The notes: generated from the letters alone by a model not told the origin. 64,000 bases of DNA from Mobula birostris (GCF_030028105.1 NC_092390.1:39848777-39912776), one strand, 5' to 3'. Positions 24,060 through 36,965 are shown, counted from the stretch's first letter. A program made the numbers and translations.

Positions 24060-26759
24060 CTCAACATTACGTTCTTGCTTTTATATTCTAGTCCTCTTAA
24101 AATGAATGCTAACATGCATTTCCTTCCTCACTACAGACTCAACCTGCAAATTAACCTTTAGAGAATCTGCAAAAGGACTCCCAAGTCCCTTCACACCTCA
24201 GTTTTTTTTTATTTTTTCTCCATCTAGAAAATAGTTAACCCTTTCATTTCTTCTACCAAAGTGCATGACCATACCTTTCCCGACACTGTATTCCCTCTGC
24301 CATTTCTTTGCCCGTTCTCCTAATCTGTCTGTCCTTCTATAACCTTTCTACTTCTTCAAACTACTTGTCCCTACACCTATCCTCATGTCATCTGCAAACT
24401 TTGCAACAAAGCCATTCATTCCATTATTCAAATCATTTTTCATATAACATAGAAAGAATTGGTCCCAACACAGACCCCTGTTGAACACCACTAATCACTG
24501 GCAGCCAGCTAGAAAAAGCTCTCTTTATCCCTACTTCTTGTCTCCTGCCAATCATTCATTGTTTTATGCATGCTAGAATCTTTCTTGTAATACCATGGGC
24601 TCATAGCTTGTTAAGCAGCCTCATGTGTGGCACCTTGTTAAATGGCCTTTTGAAAGTCCAAGTACACAACATCAACCAATTCTCCATTGTCTATCCTGCT
24701 TGTTATTTCTTCAAACAATTCCAACAGATTTGTTAGGCAAGATTATCCCTTGAGGAAACCATGCTGACCATGGCCTATTTTATCATGTGCCTCCAAGTAC
24801 TCTGAGACCTCATCCTTAATGATCGACTCCAACATTTTCCCAACTACTGAGGTCAGACTAACTGGCCTATAGGTTCCTTTCTTCTGTCTTTCTCCCTCCT
24901 TGGAGTGACATATGCAACATTCCAGTCTTCCGGAACCATTCTAGAATCTAGTGATTCTTGAAGGATCATAACTAATCTCGCCATGATCTCTTCAGCCACA
25001 GCTTTCAGAACCCTGGGGTGTACACCATCTGGTCCAGGTGACTTATTTACCTTCAGATTTCAGCTTCCCAAGAATCTTCTCTCTACTAATGGTAACTTCA
25101 CACACTTCATGACCCCTGACAGCTGGAACTTCCACCATATTGTGTGTGTCTTCCACAGTGAAGACTGATGCAAAATATTTATTCAGTTCATCCGACATTT
25201 CGTTGTCTCCCATAACTATCTCTGCAGCATCATTTTCCAGGGCTCCAAGATGTACTCTGAACCTCTCTCTTATGTATCTGAAGAAAATTTTGGTATCCCC
25301 TTTAATATTATTGGCTAACATTCTTTCATATTCCATCTTTACTTTCTTAATGACTTTTTGTTTGCCTTCTGTTGGTTTCTAATAGCATCTCAATCCTCTA
25401 ACTTCCCACTAATTTTGCTTTATTTCTGCCTTCTGTTTGGTTTTTAAGCTGGCTTTGACTTTCCTTGTTGGCCATGGTTGTGTTATCTTTCTTTTAGAAA
25501 CTTCTTCCTCTTTGAGATGTATATATCCTGTGCCTTCCAAATTGCTTCCAGAAATTCCAGCCATCGCTGATTTGCCATTATCCCTGCCAGTGTTCTTTTC
25601 CAATCAATTCTGGCCAACTCCTCTCTCATGCCTCTGTAATTCCCTTTACTCCATTGTAATACTGATAAATATGACTTTAGCTTCCCTTGTAAGATTTCAG
25701 GGTGAATTTAATCATATTATGACCACTCTCCCTTAAGAGTTCTTTTGCTTAAACTTTCTAATCAATTCTGGTTCATTGCACAACACCCAATCCAGAATAG
25801 CTGATCCTGTAGTGGACTCAATCAGAGCAGCCTTAAAAAGCCATCTCATGGGTACTCTAGAAATTCCCCCTCCTGTAATCCAGCACCAACCTCATTTTTC
25901 CAGTCTACCTGCATATTGAAGTCCCCCATGACTATTATAATATTACCCCTTTGGCATGCATTTTTTATTTCCCATTGTAATTTGTAGGCCATTTTCTTAC
26001 TACTATTTGGGGGTTTGTATACAACTCCCATCAGGGTCTTTTTACCCTTGCAATTCCTTACCTCTATCCACGATGATTCAATACCTTACGAATCTAAGTT
26101 ACATCTTTCTAATGATTTGATTTCATTTGTACCCTCTGCTTTCCTGCCTATCCAGTTGATACTATGTGTATCCTTGGACATTAAGCTTCCAACTGTAATC
26201 TTCTTTCAGTCATGAATCAGTGATGCCTATAACATCATACCTGCCAGTCTGCAGCTGTGCTGCAAGTTCATCTACCTTATTCCGTATACTATGCACCTTC
26301 AAATACAACACCTTCAGTCCTGTATCCATCCTTTTTGATTTCGTCTGCCTTTTCCGTTGCAAGTCGTCCTGCTAACTGCAATTTTGCCCTATCAACAGGC
26401 TCTCCTCATTACACACTGCCTCTGTTCGTAAACCAGCTGCCTCATCTTCAGCACTATCATCCACCTTTCCAATGATACTTCTTGCATTGAAATATATGCA
26501 GCTCAGGACATTAGCCGCACCATGCTCAACCTTTTGATTCCTCACTTTCTGTGAGGTCTTACCAACATCTGTCTCCACAATCTGTCCACTAACTATCTGG
26601 CACTCTGGTTCCCATCTCCCTGCACCTCTAATTTAAACCCCACCGTGCAGCATTAACAAACTTTTCTTCTGGGATATTACTCCCCCTCCAGTTCAGATGC
26701 AAACCATCCCCTCTGTACAGTTCCCACCTTCCCTGGAAGAGAGCCAAATGATCCAAAAG

Positions 26760-27560
26760 TTTTATGCCCTTCCTCCTTCACCAATTCCTTAGCCAAATTT
26801 TAAAATGTATAGTCTTCTTTGTGCTAGCCTCACTAGCACGTGGCATGGGAAGCAATCCTGAGATCACAACCCTGGATGTTCTGCCCTTTAACTTAGCACT
26901 AAACTCCCTGAACTCCCTATGCAGAACCTCATCACTGGTCCTACCCATGTCATTGGTACCTACATGGACCATGACATCTGGCCGTTCACCCTTCCACTTA
27001 AGAATGCTGAGGACTCGGTCTGAGATATTGCGGACCTTGGCGCCCTGGAGGCAACAGGCCATCCAGGAATCTTGGTCTCGCCCACAGGACCTCCTGTCCA
27101 TTCTCCTAACTAACAATTCCCCTAGCACCACAGTGCCTCTTCTCTCCCCTTCCCTTCTGAATCACAGAGGCAGACTCATTGCCAGAGACTCGCCCACTGT
27201 GACTTTCCTCTGTTAGGAACCCCAACCCCCTCCCCCACCCCCTGACAGTATCCAAAGTGATATACCTCTTGTTAAGGGGAATGGCCACAGGGGTACTCTA
27301 CATTCCTTAACCCCCTTTCCCCTTCCTGACTGTCACCCAGTTTCCTGTGTCCTGCACCTTGGGTGTAACTACCTCTCTATATATCCTATCTATCACCCCT
27401 TCAACTTCCTGAATGATCTGGAGTTCATCCAGTTCCAGCTCCAACTGCTTAACGCAGTTTGTTAGAAGCTGCAGTTGGATGCACTTCTCGCAGTTCTAGT
27501 CGTCAGGGACACTGGAGGTCTCCCTGCCTTCCTACATCCTGCAAGAGGCTCATTTCACTA
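26760..27560 (-). pseudogene. CR1 ORF1 remnant (Cys-rich/coiled-coil plus esterase-like domain)
   Basis: CLQGAKVRNISDRVLSILKWKGERPDVMVHVGTNDMGRTSDEVLHREFREFSAKLKGRTSRVVISGLLPMPRASE, with upstream CEKCIQLQLLTNCVKQLELELDELQII. Contains stops and frameshifts. Confidence 0.8.
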
Positions 27561-27770
27561 TCTTGCTTTTCATCCCTACTGTCCTAGCTGAGCAGATATA
27601 AAGATAACCAAAAAAAGAGCTTTCCTTTCCTTTGGTATCCCTGAGTGAAGCCTCTCTTCTCTGAAGCCTTGAAGAGCTAAAGCCTTAAGATCACCACTCT
27701 GACTATGTCCACTCACACAATGGCCACTATGCTTTCCCTGCCTTCCTTTAATTTGCTGTTACTCATCAAT

Positions 27771-28025
27771 TCCAAATGTAGATTGGCTGCTGGTCGAATC
27801 TCTATTATGCTGGCACAACCCGCTCCTGCCTTTTATCCTTAGGCAGTGGACCTGATTGAAGTCCCCTTCTCTCCAAACTTCTGATGTCCAGATTGGCTGC
27901 TGGTCGAAGCTTTATTACGCTGTCGCAACACGCTCCTGCCTTTTATCGTTAGGCAGTGGACCTGATTGAAATCCTCTCCTTTCCAAATTTCCGATGTCAT
28001 ATTTGGGTGCTGGTCAAAGCTCTAT
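27771..28025 (-). repeat. 110-bp tandem monomers (about 2.3 copies) at the CR1 5' end
   Basis: GATTGGCTGCTGGTCGAA at 27781 and 27891, with a decayed third copy at 28001. Period is 110. Confidence 0.9.
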
Positions 28026-29614
28026 CGGTTTCTAAATATTAACCTAAGGGTTTTGAAAGCACAAATTACTTTGTGTGTGAAAGGAGTAAACACACTGGTA
28101 AAGCCACCTCATTGCCATAATGTAATAACCGACATGCTGAGAATATGCCCTTTCCATCCATTTGGAACTGCATTCTTTTGGGCATATGAGCACTTTTGCA
28201 CACTTGTAATGTAGTGAATAATAACTTGAAATAAAACAGAATGTGTTGGCGATACTCAACAGGCCAGGGAACATCTGAGGAGAGAAAATGGAGTTTATTC
28301 TGGAGTTCAGAGTCATTGTATTAGGTTATTGTAATACATGAGAAAGTATATTAAAACATAACAAAATAAACATTAATAAACTGACTTAAAGCATGTTTAC
28401 CTGACATAAATTAATTAAAATATTGTTCTAAATTAAGAATGTAACAAGCCACTTAGCTACAATTTTTGTGGTTACTGGTACCATTCAAATGAATGGGCAT
28501 TCAAGGTACACAGCTATGTCTAATGTTAAGTTGAAAGACTGTGAATGTAACACCTCAGTTTTGGAGCTCCCTTGGATTCAGTGATAGGTCCAGGGTGTTG
28601 GCTGGCAGTTTGCATCGGAACCACTGCTTAATAATTGGTGAAATAGAGACCATTATTGATGGTGATCACCTGTTCCTGCTAGGATAAATTTAATGTGATT
28701 TGTATAGAGTCATCACATGTCTGCACTTAACATCAACATTTCAGTCCTATTATGATGAGAAAAGTAGTACAGGATCTAAATATTAGCCCATTCTATTCCA
28801 TTATGTGGGGCAAACAGAAAACTTCTAGAATAGATGAAAGGTTTTATATTTCTAGTTTTACAAATAAGTTTGTGTGGAAAATTGAACCATAACCTGATTT
28901 TGGAAAGCTGACGCATTATTAAATATAGTTCGAACTTAGATGATTCCTTATGCCCTCTTCACCAGAGCATTTAATAATACAACTTATGACCATGCTGCAG
29001 GCTCAGATTTCCTTCTAAAAATTATCAAACATTTATTTTCCTTATTTCTGCCCACTTTGTTTGGATAGGAATTCAGAACACAATGATGATACCCATATGA
29101 TTATACTGTATATAATATTGGTTGTGATCAATGACTTTCATGTCAAAGTTATCACCTCTTTAAGAATTATGGATCATGTCAAGTGACTAATTCCTTTCTG
29201 GACTGCAGAACTGTTCGGAGACAATAATTATCTTTTTTCTCAATATGCATTCTTTTCTGGCAAGCTACAGCAGCTGCCAGAGACTCCGGAAGCAGCAAAG
29301 GAGTTCAGAAACTCTAAGAATGGCTGAATGTTTCATGTACAAAAGTGTATACATTCTGTAAAGGACATTGTTAGAGATCAAAAACCCAATGTGCACACAT
29401 ATTTTACACTGATGAGGAGGATCACAAAGAATCTAAGCCATTAAAAATCACTGAGGACTTCAAGTACTGTAACTGTATTACAGCCGTGATATGGTGAATT
29501 TGTGAAGTTCATGATTAATCAAGACAACGAGTCTCAGGTAGAGTCTGCAGCCAAGTTAAAAACAAATCCAATGCATGAAAAACTGAGTATGGATAAAACA
29601 TTTAGCTTTGAATC

Positions 29615-30060
29615 AGAATCAGATTTTATATCATTCGCATATGTCATGAAACTTGTTGCGTTTTGGCCACAGTACATTGCAATACATAATAATAAGAAAA
29701 AGCTATAAATTACAATAAATATATATATATATATAATTTAAATAAGTTGTGCAAAAAGAGAGCCAAAGAGAAAAAAAATAGTGAGGTAATGTATATTGGT
29801 TCGAATAAACTCTTCTTGGGCTTCCAGCCGGATACAGGTAAATGGAAATCTGATTGTCTATTCAGAAATCTGATGGCAGAGAGGAAGAAGCAATCCAGCT
29901 GTTCCTGAAATGTTGAGTGTGTGCCTTCAGGCTCCAGTACTTCTCCTTGATGGCAGTGCTGAGAAGAGGGCATGTCCTGGGTGATGGGGGTCCTTAATGA
30001 TGGATGCCGGCTTTCTGAGGCATTGCCTTCAGGTATGGAGGCACCGCTGTGCAGAATCAG
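29615..30060 (-). mobile_element. Rex1/Babar-type 3' fragment
   Basis: GAATCAGAATCAG tail orientation. Minus translation contains KDPHHPGHALFSALPS. Confidence 0.75.
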
Positions 30061-30319
30061 AAAAGGCTGCAGAAAGTTGTGAACTCAGTCAGATCCTTCA
30101 TGGGGACTAGCCTCCGTAGGCTCGTCCATTCAGTCCAAGTTGCTTAACACCCAAGATTTAACATTCGAATGGGCATGCAAATAATTATATCTGTATGAGG
30201 GGCAAGTTTTAACTGAGAGAGTGGTGGATGCCTGGAATTCGCTGCTTGCTACGGTGGTAGAGGCAAATATATTTTAAGAGACATTTGGATAGGCACATGG
30301 ATGTAAGAAAGATAGAGGG

Positions 30320-31081
30320 CACAAAATAATCTGCAGATGCTGGGGTCAAAGCAATACTCAGAACACGCTGGAGGAACTCAGCAGGTCGGGTAGCATCCGT
30401 GGAAACGATGAGTCGACGTTTTGGGCCGGAACCCTTGGTCAGGACTGAAGAGGGAAGGGGCAGAGGCCCTATAAAGAAGGTGAGGGAGGGTTGGAAGGAG
30501 AAGGCTCGTAGGTTCAGTTGAAAAACCAGTAATTTGAAAGACAAAGGGGTGGGGGAGGGGAAGCAGGGAGGTGATAGGCAGTAAAACAATGGGTAGTAGA
30601 AGGAGGCGGAACCATCAGGGAGGTGATAGGCAGCTGGGGGAGGGGGCGGAAATAGGGATAGAAGAAGGGAGGGGGAAGGAATTACCGGAAGTTGGAGAAT
30701 TCCATGTTCATACCAAGGGGCTGGAGACTACCTAGAGGGTGTATGAGGTGTTGTTCCTTCAATCTGAGTTTAGCCTCATCATGGCAGTAGCGGAGGCCAT
30801 GTGTCAACATATCTGAATGGGAATGGTTCTGCCTCCTTCTACTACCCATTGTCTTCCTGCCTATCACCTCCCCGCTTCCCCTCCCCCATCCCTTTGTCTT
30901 TCAAATTACTGGTTTTTTAACTGAACCTACCAGCCTTCTCCTTCCAACCCTCCCCCACCTTATTTATAGGGCCTCTGCCCCTTCCCTCTTCAGTCCTGAC
31001 CAAGGGTTCCAGCCTGAAACGTCGACTCATCGTTTCCACGGATGCTGCCAAACTGCTGAGTTCCTCCAGCGTGTTGTGAGG
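30320..31081 (-). mobile_element. 762-bp PLE with inverted 5' pseudo-LTR (arms of about 255 bp) and 11-bp TSD
   Basis: AAGATAGAGGG occurs at 30309-30319 and 31082-31092. 30357-30614 is inverted relative to 30825-31081. The minus strand carries the GIY-YIG C-terminus (LRYCHDEAKLRLKEQHLI..LGSLQPLGMNMEFSNFR). Confidence 0.92.
30991..31028 (+). ncRNA. Hammerhead motif, mutated core (CTGACCA)
   Basis: CAGTC CTGACCA A GGGTTCCAGCCT GAAAC GTC GACTC. The mirror copy on the other arm (about 30411-30448) shares the same variants. Confidence 0.4.
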
Positions 31082-31692
31082 AAGATAGAGGGATATGGAC
31101 ATTGTGTAGGTAGGAAGGATTAGTGTTTGGGTGTTTTTCATTTGCCCTTTAGCTGGTTTGGCACAGCATTGTGGACCAAAGGGCCTCTTCCTGTGCTGTA
31201 CTCTTCTATGTTCTATTTACCTGTGGCATCAAATACAAATTAATTTTGGTTGGTAGAGAACTTTAATGAAAATTTTATATGCAGATCAAAGACAGGAATG
31301 ATGACAGAAGCCCTATGACTGGGTCTGGGTTATGCAAGTGCGCGTGCGAATGGCATGAAAAGCAGTTTTCTGGCTGGAAGCTTTGCAATGTTTGCAGTGG
31401 AATCAATCAGCAGAATTGTATTGGTCAGAGCTGCCAAATGTTTTAATTGTCTGAAGCAAGCACATACAAATACTCAATGTATAGCTAAACAAAGCAAATT
31501 ACGCCTAACCAGAGACAGTCAAGCAATATCTCAATGGAAGGAAAACAATGATCGTACAAAATCACAGAAAGCTAAGTTCTCACAACACTGAGATGAATGA
31601 ACAACTCAGTTATCCATTCAACATAACATCCGAGTTACGGTAATGATAAAGTAAAACAGCGGTTTCAAATTAGAGTATAAATTTATAATCTA

Positions 31693-31738
31693 CAGTACTA
31701 CGCAAAAGTCTGTAGCCTAAGACTTTATCACATTACTG
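31693..31738. mobile_element. Palindromic Tc1-like mini-element (46 bp)
   Basis: TA|CAGTACTACGCAAAAGTCT...AGACTTTATCACATTACTG|TG, the same TIR as 63807-63869. Confidence 0.55.
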
Positions 31739-31739
31739 T

Positions 31740-32200
31740 GTTTGTCAACATGGAGCAGGGAGTGAGTTTGTAAATCTGGCAGGAGCAAAGGATGTTGGGA
31801 ATGGTGAGGGTGGTGTACCGCAGGAGGGGTGAGGGACGGGAGGCAGAGAAGGAGAGCCAGGGGCAGGGTGTGGTGTTGGTGTAAACACACCCAGGCCTGA
31901 GACACCAGGCAAGGTCATTTGGTTCCAAACCATTGGTTTACTGATCAATACAGAATGTCTCTTTGATGCGTCTGTTCTCTCTCCTCTCCATTCCTCTTTT
32001 TGCCATCATGATTCCCCTCTCCTTGCCCCTTTCTCCACTCTCAGACCACAATAGAGACATATCTGATTCAAGGTTATCATCACTCACATATGTCTTGAAG
32101 TTTGTTATTTTGAGGCAGCAGTACAGTGCAATACATAAAGATACTACAGTACACCCTAGCTATATATGTGTGCCTGAGACTTCAGCACTGTACTGTATAC
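31740..32200. repeat. Composite interspersed repeat: GC-rich unclassified segment joined to a Rex1-type 3' end (minus) and half of a Tc1-like mini-element
   Basis: Rex1-type terminus ATCATCACTCACATATGTC...GCAGCAGTACAGTGCAATAC from about 32065. GAGACTTCAGCACTGTACTG at about 32166-32185. Confidence 0.5.
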
Positions 32201-32345
32201 AGCAACATGACTGATGACACTACTATAAAAATATAGAATGGTGCCATTAGATAGAAGTTGTGGAAATCAAGGCTGTCAAACATAATGGTCGATAATTTCA
32301 ACAGGCTGCCACTACTACAAGGTCGGGTTAGAATGGGAAAATATA

Positions 32346-32513
32346 CAGTGGATTCTGGTTAACGGGGCCATCAGTTAATCGGGGCAGCGTCTTATTTTAG
32401 ACAATTCTTAAAGAACAATATTAATCAAGAAAATAGCTGGGATTTCCATCATTTATTTGGGACAAGAGCCTTGTGTTGAACAAGTTTCTAACTAGCATCA
32501 ATTGCATGTACTG
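32346..32513 (+). mobile_element. Tigger/Pogo-type terminal fragment (same family as 52079)
   Basis: TA|CAGTGGATTCTGGTTAA...TTCTTAAAGAACAA...TTATTTGGGACA matches the reverse complement of the 52720-52830 terminus. Confidence 0.75.
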
Positions 32514-32920
32514 GTGAGGCTGTGTCCTCTGGCCTTAGACTCTCCCACCACAGGAAACATCCTCTCATCATCCACTCTATCAAGGTTTTTCACTATTTGA
32601 GAGGTTTCAATCAGGGTGCCCCTCATTCTTCTGAATTCTAGTGAATACAGGCCCAGAGTCATCAAATGCTCTTCATGTGACAAGCTATTCAATCCTGGAA
32701 TAATTTTTGTGAACCTCATTTGAGCCTTCTCCAGTGTCAGTGCATCCTTTCTAACTTAAGGCACCCAAAACTGCTCACAATACTCCCACCAGTGCTTTAT
32801 ACAATCTCAACATTACATTCTTGCTTCTATATTCTAGTTCTCTTGAAATGAATGCTAGCATCGCATTTGCATTCCTCACCACATTCTCAACCTGCAAATT
32901 AACCTCTAAAGAATCCTGCA
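32514..32920 (-). mobile_element. CR1 RT C-terminal fragment
   Basis: RFTKIIPGLNSLSHEEHLMTLGLYSLEFRRMRGTLIET. Confidence 0.85.
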
Positions 32921-33984
32921 CAATAATATTATTAGGACATATGAATCACAATATTTCAATATATCCAGTGAATCAATGACTTCAACACAAACACTGTGGC
33001 TAAAGATCGCAAGGACTTGCAGAAACCAATGAATCAGTTAAATTTGCAAAATTTGTAAAATTGTTAAATCAGTTTGTTTTTCTTTTTTAGAAAAGAAACA
33101 AAAGCAATGTAGCACATGTTCTATCAGTTGTGACCAATGATTGCTACTTAAAAAATGCCATCCTTTTAAAGATTGCTATTATCCTTTCTGGGCTTCATCA
33201 CTATTTGCAGAAAGTTCCAAAGATGGCCTACTAAGAGCCTTTGAATAAACAGCATGACTTTGTTTAAGCTCTTCATGTCTCAGGTGTTTAGCTATGTTCA
33301 TTCTCAGTGGACTTTCTTACAGATTAAGAAGCTATTAAATAGATTTTCTACTCCATTAAACGGGTTAGGATTGGTCACTGTGGGCTCCTTTCTCAACCTA
33401 CCTTGCCAAGAATCACTATGAGTCAGCAGGATACTTTAATGTAAATACATATCATTGCTGCTGGTAAGATATAGTGAATGGTTTTGGAAAACATTGGGGC
33501 TTATTTTCCTCTGGTTCCGTAACTATTAATTGGCTTTTGCAATTTTTCATTGGCATATTTATCCACTTCAATTATTCTATTCCTTTGAGAAACAATCATA
33601 TGCAGCAGGCAACAGACTAATGAAGGTTATCAACCAGTCTTTTCCAACATCTGGTTGGGATTTTTCTCCATCGCCTTCATATGTTGAGGTAAATCCTTTG
33701 CCATACTAATTTGTCTTTGTTCTGCCAGAGTGTGAGTGCTGTGCCAATGAAGGCTGTTCAGTTGTACTTTTCCCTAGCTGAAATGTCAAAGTGGTGCTGT
33801 GCCATTCTGATGGCCAACAAGAAACCTGATGAGGCCCCAGTACAATCCACTTCGCTGCATCTCTTGTTCCTATAGAAGGAAACAGGTTTATAGGGAAGGT
33901 ATGATAGATTATATCGGGAGTTGTTTACTTTTTCCTCCTAATGGCAGCTCAGGAGTGTGGAGGAGTTTTTGAACCAGCTTTGGA

Positions 33985-34590
33985 ATTTTACCCAACCCTC
34001 ATACGACAAGGAGAGGAACTGCTGCACACTCTACCAAAATTTAAAGGGGGCGGGTAGCAGATACAGCCCAGTCCATCACAGGTAAAGCATTCCCTACTAT
34101 ATCTACATGGAATGCTCTTGCGAGAAAGCAGCATCCAATAATTCAGAGATCCCCACCGTCGAGGCCATGCTGTCTTCTTGCTGCAGCCATCAGGAGGAAA
34201 GTACAGGAGCCTCAAGACCCAATTCACCAGATTTAGGAGCAGTTATTACCCCTCAACTACTAAGATATTGAACCAGAGGGGCTAACTTCACTTACCCCAT
34301 GACAGAACTGTTCCTACAACCTAGAGACACATTTTTAAGGACACTTCATCTCATGTTCTTGATATTTATTATTTATTTATTTATTATTATTTCCCTTTTT
34401 TTGGTTTTGTATTTGCAGTTTGTTGTCTTTAGCACATTGATTGTCCATCTTGTAGTGTGCGGTCTTTTATTGATTCTATTTTGTTTCTTTGTATTTACTG
34501 TGGAAGTCTGCAAGAAAATGAATCTCAGGGTTGTATATGGTGATATACAGTCTATATACTTTGATAATAAATGCACTTTGAGCAACTAAC
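33985..34590 (+). mobile_element. Rex1/Babar-type 3' fragment
   Basis: DPHRRGHAVFLLQPSGGKYRSLK. Terminus AAGAAAATGAATCTCAGGGTTGTATATGGTGA...GATAATAAATGCACTTTGA. Confidence 0.8.
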
Positions 34591-35589
34591 ACTCTGGCAC
34601 AGGTGGACTCCATCCCGTATTCATAGCTGTGGCAGTACCACCTACCGCTTGGCCAATGTTAATTCCTAGTCTCTTTGATGAGCTATTCCACATATATTAT
34701 TGTACATAACAATTGCTTTTAATATTCCTGTCATTTCTTATCAACAACCATCTACATGCCTTCCACTTCATCCATGGCCCTGTGTCCAGTGGTTCTGATA
34801 ACATCATGCACAAGTTTGACAGGTACAAAAAATAGGTTTCCACTGAGCTCAATGTACTTAACAATATACCAGAGGAGCAGGGATATAACTGAGATTAAAC
34901 TAAAGCAAGTAGGATCAATCCTGGTAAGTAATCATGTACTTAATATTAGTAGAACTCCCTGTCTTCTTTATTGGTTATGATTTGGATATTTCTTCCTCAA
35001 TTTTTTTAAATCTCTGAACTGTCCCTGAAAACATATGTGTGAGTTTTGAATATATTTCCTGTACTTTATCTCTTTTATTTTCTGCTCAGTTCCCTATTCA
35101 GTAGTGCAGCTCTGACCTTGCAGGAGAGTGATTTTCATTCTTTTTAATCACTTCCGTTCTGTTTACAATGTCAGTCACAGGCGGCAAAGCTGGGAGTTGA
35201 GACCACTATGTGACTGGCTCTGCTAACAGCATTATCAAGGGGTACACGTGTCTCCTGTTAAATCGATTCAGAGTTTAATTTAACAAAGACGCGTCTTTCC
35301 TTCTAACAAATAAGCGGATTCCAATTTTACTTGTCATCTATTTTTGGCTGAAACCTCTTTGCTGATTTCACAGTCTATGGTTGTGAGTTATGGAGCAATT
35401 TCTTTTGACTTCTAACCTGATGACAGAATATGTTGAAGTATATTTAATGAATGTTTTTTCCACTTTGTTCAGTTGACTACGCCATGCAGACCAAGAGGAG
35501 GAATAAGAAACCAAAAATGATGGGCATACTGGTAAAGCAAGGACAGACTGCCGATGTGAATTCATAGTGAGCTTTCTGCTGACCCAACG

Positions 35590-36125
35590 TTTCATAGTTG
35601 AAAATCAAATTCAACATAAAATTATTATCAAAGTATGGATATATCACCATATACTACCCTGAAATTCATTTTCATATGGACATTCACAGTAGAACAAAGA
35701 AATGCAATAGAATCAATGAAAACCTAGATTCAAGTGTGCAAAAGAAGACAAACTAAGCAAATACAAAAATAATAAATAAGTAGTAAGTAAATAATGCTGA
35801 GAGCATGAGTTGTAGAGTCTTTGAAACTGAGTCATAGGCTGTGGAATCAGTTCAGTGTAAAGTTGAGTGAAATCACCAGGCTGGTTCATGGTGTGGGACC
35901 TAAGGCTCCTGTACCTCCTTCCAGAAGGCAGCGGCAAGAAGGGAGTATGGTCTGGATGGTGGGAGTCCTCGATAATAAATGCTGCTTTCTTGCAGCAGTG
36001 CTACTTGTAAATGTGCTTAATGGTGGGGAGGGCTTTTCCTGTGATGGGCTGGGCTGCATACACTACTTTTAGTAGGATTTTTTTGTTCAAGGGCATTGGT
36101 GTTTCCATACCTGGCTGTGATGCAG
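35590..36125 (-). mobile_element. Rex1/Babar-type 3' fragment
   Basis: Minus translation PLPSGRRYRSLRSHT. Terminus is the reverse complement of the 34.5-kb terminus. Confidence 0.8.
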
Positions 36126-36624
36126 CCAGTCTGTTTTTGGGCATTTACGTGCTTCATGAGCTCAGAACACACTCGTTCTCACATTGGGATTTCTAAATCG
36201 GGAATATGGTACACTCTTTAATGTGGTGCCTGCACTTCCTGCAGCGTAGTGTCCGAGAAATGGTTCTCTGCATTTTTCAGGACATTGAAACAACACTGCT
36301 GTTTGTTAAACTAATATAAAGAATTATAGTTTTATCTGTGAGGTCCACAATACAGAGTGGAGTTGGTTTCACGGTGGAATAACAGGCTGAAACTGGCCCT
36401 GTCACAGTTCTCAGCATGTCACACAACAGGTGAGATTTCTGGGGCCAGCACTTAAAGGGACATGCTGGAATACAGGCAGGTCACTTTCAGCTGCAGGGGA
36501 GTGGGTCAATGTTGTCGTGGAGTGTGAGGGTGGGAGGATGCTGCACTCAGAGAGATTTGTGGGGGTATTGGGTAAAGCCTGCTGGGTCATAGCCAGCTAC
36601 TCTTGGCAGCAGGTTTTCAGGGAG

Positions 36625-36965
36625 AGACAGAGTCAGAGTCAGGTTTTTTATCACTGACATATGTTGTGAAATTTATTGCTTTGTAGCAGCAGTGCAGTGC
36701 AACACACAAAAAATAAAGTAAGGTACAATACGACACAAATGAGTCGTGCAAAAAGAGCACATAAAGTGAAGGAATGCTCATGGGTCCATGTTCTGTTCAG
36801 AAATCTGATGGCGGAGAGGAAGAAGTCATTCCTAAAACATTGAGTCTGTGGCTTCAGGCTCCTGTATCTCCTCGCTGATGGTAGTAATGAGAAGAAGGCT
36901 TGTCCTGGATGGTGTGGGCCCTTAGTAATGGATGCCGCCTTCTTGAAGATGTCCTCAGTGGTGGC
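36625..36965 (-). mobile_element. Rex1/Babar-type 3' fragment
   Basis: CAGAGTCAGAGTCAGG tail orientation. DPHHPGQAFFSLLPSARRYRSLK-like segment. Confidence 0.75.

Larger units (their letters stand above)
23214..28030 (-). mobile_element. Near full-length, decayed CR1 LINE (5' UTR monomers, ORF1, endonuclease, RT, 3' tail)
   Basis: Read from right to left: 110-bp monomers; ORF1 Cys-rich and coiled-coil segment; SGNH-esterase-like VHVGTNDMG...VVISGLLP; endonuclease CIYFNARSI, GVVYKPPNS, VMGDFN; RT C-terminus LVRPHLEYSEQF; (TCTTATGG/ATCTTATG) tail ending at about 23220. Confidence 0.93.
30165..31215 (+). mobile_element. CR1 3' end split by a PLE insertion
   Basis: GAGAGTGGTGGATGCCTGGAATTCGCTGC...GATAGGCACATGGATGTAAG before the insertion and GATATGGAC...GTGCTGTACTCTTCTATGTTCTAT after it. 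Confidence 0.8.
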
